A stretch of 46,686 nucleotides of DNA, filler included, from Sphacelaria rigidula (Eukaryota), in the NCBI GenBank assembly GCA_964200075.2. It is 2 parts of 2 records of this genome, joined end to end, with 100 filler letters (N's around TTAATTAATTAA, not from the genome) between each part and the next. Parts side by side here need not be neighbours in the genome. Positions count along the whole stretch, not along the records: positions 23,396 to 46,686 come from CAXNAA020000268.1; 1 more part is not named here. One strand, written 5' to 3'. This document shows positions 24,298 to 36,200 of this stretch, piece by piece (the first letter of the stretch is position 1; every line of letters begins with the position of its first letter). The notes below the pieces were generated by a model. That model was not told the DNA's origin, made no database searches, and saw nothing but the letters and a program-made list of their open reading frames with translations. Made by a program: the position numbers and the translations under genes.

Positions 24298-27200
24298 GTG
24301 AGACATTTGCTTGAGTGGACGCTTCTGTACGGCCAAGCGCCCACCTTCTATCTCCACAAGTGCAACCTGTATATCGCCTTGCAAAACAGTAGATCCGATT
24401 CCCTTGGCGTAGCGATGGTAATGGTTTGTTATCAGATATCTTCTTCGGGTGAGGACAGTACCGCACCCGTGTTCCGTTTGTGTGACGTTTAGCTTCACCC
24501 TTGGAGTGATGCTAGGGTAGGGGTGCACAAATATTTTCTGAGGTTGGAATTGTTAGGGGCCCTTGACCTCATCCAAACCACGTCTTATGAAAGTATGTGA
24601 GAGTACCCCAGGATTACTATTCCAAATGTGCTGGGGATACCCCGACTGAATTTGCAAATGGGGATGTCCTGACCCATATTCTTGTGCATCTAGAATCGTT
24701 AGGAGCTCCTGAATCAGACAAGATTTCGCGTAAAAAGTGCACCCCTACCGTAGCACTGCTCCTTGTATTTACATATCTGTATTGAAATGTCAGCAATCCT
24801 ACGTACTCTCTGTGTGTTCTTCTCAAAAATGAAGCTTTTTTGCCTCTGGTTTATGCTAAGATACGGACATGGCCATGACTTGTCGCACGTCGTAAGCAGT
24901 ATATACGAAGTACCACATAAAACTGGCAGCACAACTTTCGCTTCTACGCGGGGTGCTGGGCGGGACGTTTGCAATGTGTGTATAACTCTGCTGCATATCA
25001 GGTTGAAGACCTCGCCGTGGCCTCACCTGCGACCGTTTCCCGAGCGGGGATGATCTTCCTCGACGTGGACGAAATGGGATGGCAGCCATTCGTTACATCC
25101 TGGCTGCAGAAGAGGCGAGTATCGTCGTGCTCTTGAGACCTTCACCGTGCACCTACACAGTAGCGAACAGGCGCTAGCACCATGAGATCTTGGCGAGAGT
25201 ACAGGGTCCCGCTTCTTCGAGAACGTTAACGGAGAAAACGGTACCAAACGATGTTGCTACGATCCGTCGCCTGGGGTATTCGATGCCACTGATACAACGC
25301 GGCCCCGGGTCTGTTCGAGATCTACTGCACTTCAGCACCTTCACGGTTGCGCGTGTAGTCAATTTGACACTATGTATACGGGAGCCTCTGTAATGACGAT
25401 GTCACGTGAGGATCGTGCCTACGAGTAGGAGTCAAGACACTTGATGAGAAACGGAACAAGGAAAAAGATTATGGCGTCTGATTGTGCGCGTCGTTAGAAG
25501 TGAACTATAAACGTCACACATCGCCACCGCCCCTTCCAGCTTCATTCCTCTGTTTCAGACGCTAGCCTCATGGAGTTACGATGTTATGTATTCGTCTCTT
25601 GCGCGAACGCAACCGCAAAAGGCTAGTTGGGGGCCTAGAAAGTCTGCTCATCTAGTTGTGGGAAATAAACTACAAAAACAGCAAATTGCAGACGAGTAGC
25701 GCGGTGCGGTAAAAAGCGACAAACACGCATTGAAATACAGTTTCATCTCCAAAGTAGCATGTTGCGCTCAGTCTCAACGCAACCACGAACCCAATGCGAT
25801 GATTTGTATCCGTGGTGCACAGGTTCGAACATGATGAGGAGCATTTGACGTTCCACAAGACCTTGTTCGCCAAGTACGTGGAAGGAGTGCTGGCTTTTAA
25901 GGAAACTAATGTGTCTGAACCTGTGCCCGTGGGAGACTTCAACGCCGTGCAATCACTGTGCACTTTGTACGATGCCTTCAGGGATAATCCTACAGTTAGG
26001 TGAGAAGAAGATCGTATGTTTCGGTGATCATCAATACACATCGATCCAGGTACCACGTTCAGCTGAATGTCATGTACCACTCGATAACTTAGTCCCAAGC
26101 CGCCGTTGCAGTTTCGTTCGGGTGTGGCCATTTATATCCACGAAGCATCACTCATACACAGAGCAATATATACTCCAGACGACGGGTGGACGTTTTCCGC
26201 CCACAGTTGGAGATTGCCATGTCGAAACGGACACAAACCAGCACTTGATGAGGAAGTCACACAGGGGGCGAGTGGGACGCCTTACAGTTTGGGATATATA
26301 ATATCAAAGTGTCCGAGTGGTCACCAAGATGGATTTGGAACCCGTTGTCACATCACGGGGGGGTTCAAACCCCGTCGTCGACGGTAAATTTCTTTGATAG
26401 TTCAGTTTGGTCTTTGTTTGTCAGTTTACTCTTGTCTTGCTCTTCACTTTTTATTTATTTCCAATTTTATTCTCTGTATAGCGAGCGTTTCCGTTTGGTT
26501 TACCTTCGGTACACCTACGTTGTGATCACGTCCGGGTCCCTCGAGGATCGCTTATTGTGCGACAATCAATCAACCAACTAATCAAGCAAGAAAAAATTAT
26601 CTGCCAGTCCTAATTTCAGAAAATCAACTCAACAGTACCATCTGTGATACATTTCATACGTACAGTATTCACGCCACGCGCGTTTGTCAGGCAGATTTCC
26701 AGGAAGATGAAGGGAGGATACATCCGGGAAGCCGTTGTCACATCATCCTGGCCACGATACTAGCCTTCTAGCATAACGTCGGTCACATGAACTCTTGGTT
26801 TGAGGATCTTTTCATCTGCAATACAGTGGTAATTGTGTGCAGAATTAGGACAGCATACCGTGCTGTACCGTGGAAATACACGCACGGTAGCACAAACCTG
26901 GATTTCCTCGAATACTACAATACTGCGTCAGGGAAACAGAAGCCAAAACCCTTTGCGCCACATTGAGCGTCAAGCCTTCGATTGCGTGTCAACTGTTCAA
27001 GTAGGAAGGCGTTGTTTTTATGTGTTTCATTAATGGATGGGCACCAACATGTCAAAATGCCGCGTGTAAATGATGCCGATTAAGCATATCACACACGCAA
27101 ACGGTCAAAGGGTTCATACCAGTGACGTTGCTTTTGAATTTGGACTTGTCAGCTAAAATAATATCAATGTCGTCGATACGTTTCGTTGAACTAACATTAA

Positions 27201-30200
27201 AAGAGAGAAAAGTGACGATACCAACCATCGGAACAGTCCTCTCATTCATGAGATTTTGTACATTTACCAGGTTCCCATTATACGCCGCACACAATGGCAT
27301 GTGTTCAAAAACGTCATTCCAGTTAATAAGTTGAATGTGGGTGTGGGTTGCCAATCCCCCCGTCATTCCCACGAACGGTATGGTGATGTTTGTTTTGATT
27401 TCAGATTGTTTATCCAACGACTAACTCTTCGAGGTGTTGACCCTTTGATCGCCAGGGTTCATAATCGGGGTCACGCAGTGAAGTTTCAAGTGAAACTGGT
27501 GCCGGTTGCACCTCCGACACTAAAGATTCATTGATGAAATCGGCTCGGCCAACTTTTGCTTCTTTTTACAATGAACATGGCTGAAACACCCACTCTCAAT
27601 CGAGTTCGAATGCTAGACACTCAATCTGGCGGGCGGTTGTCGATTGTCAACTACCGTTATTAAAATTGTCTCGCCGAAATCTGGAAACTAAACATTGTCA
27701 TCGATACACCGGAACATCGGCGTGTTGTTGCCTCGTGCAATATCTGATGAACCGTTACCATCCTGTATCTGCTTGCGTGCAGTGGCCTGGAGAAGGACGC
27801 AGAGGGATACCTTGGGCTGGTAGAAAAGTGGTTCGTATTTTCCATGGTGTGGTCTGTCATGGCAGCTGCGGACGAGGCCGGGCGAGCGAAGCTGGATGCT
27901 TTCTTGAGGGATGTGGAGGTACCGCAAAATTAGACGAACAGCGAAGTGGTGTAAGAGTGGCACGATACCGTGAACGTCTGGTGAAGTCAGAGACGGCAGT
28001 AGACCTGCACGTGGCGTCCATTCGAAACGCAGCACAACAGGACTGGTACGGGAGTATCTGGGGGAGATGTTGTGCAAGCCACTCGATCAGGTTCTGTCCT
28101 CCAGTCGCTTGTCGTGATACAATAAAGACGGGACTCATGATCTACAGTAGCCGACGATATGATTTGCGGCTCCTCAGGTTGAACCTTTTTAGACATAGCA
28201 CACGCCACAATTTCGCCTCAATTTTCAGCCCCATTTGCTCATCAAGTTTTATTCTGGCGTGTGCTTGGTCATCCTTTCCGCTACCAAATTATTGACGTGG
28301 GCGCTTCACACTTTCGCGCTATTTGCTGAAATTTCGGTGATCTCGTACTCGGTCGACAGAATCGATCTTCCCACTCCTGACACATCATTGACAAACACCT
28401 AATTGTCCCCCAAAATAAACTAGGACCGCAGTTGTTCATCCTCTCCGTGCACCAAACACCGTGCACATTGACCTGTTTTAATCACCTCCAACTCTGTTCC
28501 CACACCGCGGTGAAGGGCTTTCGTACCACGTCGGCACCTCGCCCACCATTTGCGGTTGCCAAAACACCAACACTATATCATTGCATGAATTTACATTTGC
28601 CACCCGTACCTGCTCGTGCCCATATTTGACCATTCATAACGTCTTCGGTGTTTGGGACAGCCTCAATTTCCTCCCAGTGCCACGGTGTACGACTATTACG
28701 TCGACCCCAAGAAGCTGGACTGGGAGCCGTGGGAACCCAAGGTCGCCCCGTTCCGCTATCTCAAGAGCACTCCTTTCCACAAGATGATCGTACCTACGGT
28801 TGACACGGTATGTGGCAACTCTTGTACGAGATGGCTTCTTCGCGCAGAAAAATACGTATCAGTGCCCCCGTGTTAAAGCAGGCCAATGGCGTCTTGTGTA
28901 CAGTATGTGATGGAAGGTTTTGTGCTTCACGATGTTAGTACAACTATATGGCTTGCTATAAGGGGATCGGACATACGCGCAGGCTAACTAGCAACTGTTT
29001 GTCACTAGAGATGTGCTGAATTGGTAGTTATACAACGTTTCAATATTGAAGTGTGGCGTACGGTCTGTACTCACGCGTAGTGGTGCTATAGCTCACTTCG
29101 TATACCAATTAGAGAAAAGCACGTAGCCCAAAATTTCTGGAATCAGCAGTTTCTTGCGCTCAGCGGGTGGCATAAATTTGGTACCTTTATCTTGTGCCCA
29201 CGTCTAAATTCGTTGCGAATGGGTTGGTGTGACAGAATTTATCAATCAAACCATCGATATGGCTGACCTTAACTCGAATGTGTTGTCGTGATATGGTGCA
29301 ACTTGACCACGGTACGCTACATTCCAACCATCGCAAACTGTTCCTCTCACCGACAGGTTAGAAACTCTTTCGTCCTAGGCACGTTGTGGGGGGCCAACCG
29401 AAACGCCCTTGTTGTTGGCTCAAGCGGGGCCGGGAAAACGGTGCTAGTGTTTTCGGAGTTAGCCAATCTCCCCGAAACGCACTCGCAGCTAGTAATGAAC
29501 TTCTCCGCCACCACAGACTCGGGCACGACTCAGGTAGGCAACTGCTCCACGTGGAAGATACCAAAGCGAAAGAAAGATCTTATCACATTTGTACCGAGCG
29601 TCATGGTTTATGCTGAACAAGAGCAGAATTCTACGTTCATTGAAGGTAGATTGATCATTGTGGTTGAACCATGCTGCCATCAGTAGTACCATGAATAGAG
29701 CGTTCATCGTCGCGAGCGTCAAAACCGCGGTGTTTCAGTACGAGAGATGCGTTGATCCTTTGATACAACGGGCTTATCCCAAGAAGAGGGGTGGGTGAGG
29801 GGGTGGGGAGGGGGGCGTACTCATGTGTTCCTTGCCTTAGTCATTTGGCCATTGACTACGCATCCCTTTCGAGACGGAGCAGGGGGGGGTCAATAATATA
29901 TATATATATATACACACACACATATACGTGGGTGTAGATATATACGTGAGTGTAGATAGCACAAAAAATCTCGCGAGTCGCATAAAGTTCATACGAAATG
30001 GGCTACCTTTCATCCTCAATAGTTGAGTATAAAACGTTACACCCCAAGGTGAGGGGGGTCCCAACTCCTGCGGGCCGCGGTACCGAAACGCGGGCGTTTG
30101 AGAAACTCCCGTTCAAGTCTTGCGATTTGCAGGATTTCTCTATATATAAGGTCTAGTTCTATCGGAAGATCGTTGTTGAAAACGTTCATCATCCGGGGTG

Positions 30201-33200
30201 TCATATTTCATTACATGAATTAATTCGCGGCAATGTCCGTTTCGTGGTCACGTACGTCCTGTACGTTCCCACAGGGCACGATCGAGCAGGCGATGGAGAA
30301 GCGATCGAAGGACAAGTTCGGTCCGCTAGGCGGCAAGCAGTTAGTCATTTTTCTCGACGATTTCAACATGCCTATGCGGATATCTCACGAGTCGCCCTTC
30401 CAACCTCCATTGGAGCTCCTCCGGTTCTGGATGGACTACGGTGGCTGGTGAGATCCCCCGCTCAATGGCACACGCGATCTGCGATGACGCGCATTTTTGA
30501 AGAAATGTGGAATGTCTCTGTTCGGTCTACGTCTCACAGGGTCAGATCTGACGAGCTCGTAAACCCGCAAATGTTACCCGTCCGACTGGATGTGCAGGGC
30601 TCGTGTCTCGATTCTACACGCTGATACCACGACTTGTCGCAAAATTCATAAGCCTTAGACCAACAGAGAAGTAAAGTATGCCAACGGTGATACCCATAAC
30701 ACTTTTACCGGAACAATAATATGCATCTACACAAAACAACTTCGTACACTGAAAACTGCGAATCGGCACGGTATCCTACATCAACCCTTGGAACAAAATT
30801 GCCCTCATCATCGCTAGGATGAGTGCGATTTTCGTCCGGCACATATTACAACATTGTAAATTCAGCACTTGATGTCAGCGATGCTTTCATCACATGTTGG
30901 ACACCCACTAAATCTCGTGTGTCATGGACACACAAGCGGTTCATGTAGGCCTGTGTGAAAGTTCCCATCCAAACATGGTATCCATGTCCCCTCTGCCGGT
31001 AACCACCGGCATGCAAGACATCCGAGGGACAACACGCATACGCCGTGTGTTGCAAGACGTTTGTATTGAGTTCATCAGTGTTTGTTGAGAAACAGCGCCA
31101 ATTCAATCGTCACATCCCTCGTCTGTTATTCGACTCTCGAACAAAGGTATGACCGATCCAAATGCTCGTGGCGCTACATTTTGGACACGCAGCTAATCTG
31201 TGCCATGGCTCCGCCCGGGGGGGCTCGGGCGGTGATTTCGTCGCGTACCCAGAGCCGATTTAATGTTCTCAACCTCACAACGCCTAACGACTCTCAGGTA
31301 GGGCACACTTCGTGGTTGGAAAAAGGGGTATGAGATGTTTCAGGGCCTCGATCGTCTTCTTTTTTCCTGTTGACATTGGAATCCAACCAACGTTTGAGTC
31401 TGCGTTGTGCTTGGTCCATCTAAATTACGCGATGTATCAAAGTGACGACGTTGTTGCTTGTCACAGGTACCAGAGCAGCCAAAAGTGCTTCATCTGTCGC
31501 ACTTTGAACCTCCCTCCTGCCTCTCCCTTCCTCGGGACGAGTTCGTGGTCTCAAGGGATCACCCCATCTCTCCCCGGTGTACGCCTTGCATTTCGATCTC
31601 GCTGATTGGGTCAGCACTCCCGCATCGCGTCGAATCTCGTCAGATAAAATCAGCCAACGACTTTTGTTTTACTCACGTGCTAGCGCTTTCGACGACGGAA
31701 ACAGCATACTTAGAAGACAAAACCCAAAGAATCGGGATTCGAAGCCTCGTTCTTTCCAACCTAATCGTAACAGTCGGACTACTACACCACCGAGACGCGG
31801 CGGCACAGTAGGGAAGAACATTCATGCCGAGACCTGGCTCTGCGGCACATGCACTGAGCAAAGCTCTCGCTTTGATGAGAGTTCCGGAAACGATGTTATC
31901 GGGTGGAGCCTTCTTCTGTGGTGCCCTGTATTCTAGATCCACTAGATCCAGTGGACGTATTCACGATACTCATGTTGTCATGGCTTGTCTGGAGCCATCA
32001 CCCTATAGATGACAACGATCATCCACCTTCTGAAAATGATGCAACGATGTTGCTTTCATGCAGGTCATTCGTATCTTCGATTCGATCCTTTCGCCTAAGT
32101 TAGCTGAGTTCGACGGGGAGATCAAGCCGCTAGCAGCTCACATTGCGCAGGCCACCCTAAGGGTAAGCGAGGCAGACAAACACCTTGCGAACAAAGAGCC
32201 ACCATGTCATGTGCCGGACATATTCATCCTCACTCCCGTTCGTCATGCCGTTTTACAACTCAAATCCTCCGAGTAAGCACGGGCTGATTACACCGGCTGG
32301 TTACTTAAATAACAATGTTGCGGTATGTGAAATAGGCATATTACAACCAAGAAAGGGAGAGGTCATTATCTGAAGGGCGTTACCACCCTCTAAGGGTTTG
32401 TCTTGCAGCAGCAGCAGCGGCGTTGTTACCCCCGGAAATGTTTAGAAACATGTCTGGCGTATGTCAGTGGGAAGAATGAACCCATGATCATACAGACAGT
32501 TGTGCCCTGGAGTTTACTCCTCCCCGAGACGTTGGGATGACCTCTGCTGCACTCAAATCTATCCTGAGAACGGGGGAGATTAGCTGAGCGATCGGATGAA
32601 CTACGCATGATTGCGGTAGTTGAGCACATATCGACCGTACGATATTTACACGAGAAGTGTCAGTATTAACGTGTAGGTACCTATAGAGTCATTAGAGATA
32701 GAATTTGATACCAGTTTCACAGTTTAGTATGTAAATCTACGAGTGCCGTTCATGTAACCGGTATTTCGAACGGTGGTCCGTGCTGCATACAGGTGTATCA
32801 AGCATCCGTGGAGACATTCCTGCCCACTCCGATAAAGTCTCACTACCTATTCAATATGCGAGACGTGGCCAAAGTCATCGAAGGGGTTATGCAGGTAATC
32901 AAGTGACCATTTTGCATGAAGGTTGAACATTCCCTTTACTCTCGTCACTAAATGTGCTTGGAAATTTGCCCAGCTGTTTGATCATGCAAGGAACGTAACT
33001 CGGAGCACGCACTATATAAACGGTCCCCATGAGACAGCGACCTTCACGCGCTGAATACACTTTGAATATCACAACGGGCTTTCGCTTTTATTGTCACAGC
33101 ACAATTGTACGCCGAAGCAGAGTGTACATTAGTTTTCAACCTAGCATCTGTTCAATAAGTTGGAATTTCCAAATCCGCGGAGCTGTCAGAGCATCTGTTG

Positions 33201-36200
33201 CTTCAACCCGGCGTATTGTACCCAGTGAAACTGCTACTGCGTTTGATTTATCATTGCCTGTAGCAGCAACAGAACAGCTGCCACCCTAGCTTTGGCCGTT
33301 CACTCTGATAGTAGCACTGCTGATGTCTCCTATGTTTTTGATCACCCTCCAATTGCTTCTGTTTTCTGCCATGTTCAGCATCAACTACTGATGCGACTAT
33401 CGCTTGTTCTAGGGCAACCATCGCATGTCCACCTATTGATGTCGTTGTTGTCTACATCGTTCATTTTCTTCTGGTTCCATCTGGCATCCATGGTGGGGAC
33501 AAACCGTTACTCAAGTGTAACGTACCCGCACGACCTGTTCCTGCGCCGCCTCTAGCTCGACGAATAACATAATACAGAATCCACTGTTGTCTCGCCTTGC
33601 TAGGCCACACCAAGCACCGTGGACTCGAAAGAGTCTGCCATTCGGTTGTGGGCCCACGAGTGTCAGCGAGTATTCTCCGATCGCTTCGTTCAAGATGCAA
33701 CTGACGACGAGGGGCGATTCCGCGAGGTAACATACCGCGAACTAGCTTGATTTTGTGACCAAACACGTACAGAGTTCGGCCGTTGAAAGTGTTGACTGTG
33801 TCCAGAGAAGATATTGTTTAGACCACCTTCTGGGTATTGGATTTGTTTTGCGGCAGGCTTACAGTATCGTGTGATATCAATGAAAAAAAATATAATCTAT
33901 CTGAGGTACCTATCTGAGTATATGATTCATGATAGCTCTGACATTCATGATGAATACGGCTGTCCATCATAGATACTCGTTATGGGTATATCCGGTGGAT
34001 GTTCATGATGGACATCCACATCCATCTGGAATATCCACCTGAGGTACCCCTCTGGGGTATTCATATGGAATATATATCTGCGACATAGATATTCATGGGA
34101 TGTCCATTATGGATGTGGACATCCCTAACCGTAACCCTAATGGGTACACATGCCCATGATGAGTGTTTAACGATAATGATGGACTGTGGGGTTCGCGATG
34201 AAGATATGTGACGACGATACGCGCCATTCGGTTTCTCCAAAACCCACTGGCTTGTGTCGAACAAGTCGGACACACATGTTTATCACATCAACTCGACGCA
34301 ATACGTCCTCTGAACGTCGGTCGGGACATGTACGATCTTGATGCCAGTATTTAACGGTAGACATGCGCACATCTAGATCATACACGAAGGTACGCAACGT
34401 CACGAGGTGCGGAAGGGGCGCCGGAGAAGATATAGACATGCAGCAAGCATCGTTGAAGGAGCGACCATAGCAATAAATACTGGCGATATTAAAGGCCGCA
34501 CTGTCGCAGCATTTGGAGACGGTGTATGCGCTGCAGCTCTGAACGTCGCGCAGTGCTTATGCGATCTGTCGTGGGTTCTTTCTACTTTCCGCAACTCGCA
34601 CAATAGGTACTCAACATGCAGCTAAAGTCGACGTTCGGGACGGCGTGGTCTGAGCTATTCTCGACCTGTGAGGATGAGGTAATGGGATCAGTCTTCACGG
34701 CGTGCTTGGACGACTCCGGAGAAACTCCGAGGTACTACTGTGTTGGTGGTATTGCACTGCGACATCCTTTTCACATGAGGCGGAGATGGAACACATTTCC
34801 TTCGGAGACGAATCATACCAGACTTGCCTGCTAACGTGCGTGGAGATAGTAGTTAATTGGTGAAAGTGTGCGAAATCATGTAAGCGGTACTCCGAAATAT
34901 TCCTTCTACTTTAACATGATGATGTTGTGAGAAGCCTCGTGTGACATGCGTCACTCCAAGTCGGCGCTTCTAGGGCACTAAACAGGCTTCGACAACGTAG
35001 ATAGCGCGATCCCCACAAAAAGACACAGAGCCGACCCCGTGTAGCACACAGGGTAACCGGCTGGTTGAGTCGGGGAAAGATCATGCTCCAAAAGTCGGCC
35101 ATTTGCAGGAGTTGGAGAGCGCAAGTGCGCTCGTGTCAATGAGCAAGCAGGGAACTGCTGGATGTCACCACTGCTCTCGCTAGTACAGTACTGCCCTCGA
35201 GGTGGTTTGAGTTGTTGAGAATTTCAAACCGTTACCCCGGACAGCCGAAGTTCGCGACACAAGTACTGAGCATGAGGCAAATGAGACCACACCTGCAGAA
35301 CTGGTTTTGCTTTTCTCGAAGCGACATATGGTTTCAGCTTGCAAAGTTTGGCCTGTTATTCGCCAACGCCCATCGTGTTGGCAATGATCCTCTTGTATTC
35401 AGCGTTTGAAACACAACTCGCTCGGTGTACTCGAGAGCATGACATATTTCATCCCGAATGCGTACGCCTGCCTTGACGTCCACGACACAGCTATGAGGAG
35501 CAGCTGTCACTGGCGAAGTTGCGACAGACCCTTGAGGAGCGCTTGGAAGATTACAATATGGAGCCCAAGTTGGTTTCCATGCAGCTCGTGCTGTTCAAGG
35601 TATCCGACGTGTTGGATCTCAGCAGTTCAGTATGAACCCGAGGGAAATTAGCACCGGTGTACGCACGGGAGGACCTGAAATGTACGACTAAGTCGTGCCT
35701 ATGTTCCCCCCGTTATCCCTGACGTGGTAAAGAAAAACATACACTGACATGAGGAAATGAAGCTTCATACACTGCTGCCGAATTGGCCGCTGGGCGATGT
35801 GTCATACCAAAGCGGACGAGTATATGCGAAAATAAGAGTACACTGAGTAACAGGAGACAAGGCCTGCAGGTTGAACAATAACTCTCGCTTTACCAGGCGT
35901 ATGTATGGGGTATGCCGCAAGTATTCCAGTACGCTGCCAAACCTTAATAGTGGACCACATTCATGACTTTCCAACTGCTCCGACGTTTCAACGCAAGTAT
36001 TGTCCTTGTGCAGCTCCGAACCCTACCCGCATGGTGATGGTTTCAAGTCAAGTTTACTCAGGGTATCTGCACGCGTATTTAACATTTCATTCACATGCGC
36101 ATATTTTCACGAACACAAAGCCCGCACCGCAAAAAAAGATTGAATACTACAGCTTACAAAATCATGCTGGGCTCAATTGATTTTTCCACGCATTCGAATT

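Noticed and set aside
29894..29925. (TA)n(CA)n microsatellite; a similar tract lies at 39345-39372
   Set aside because: Ordinary simple repeats.
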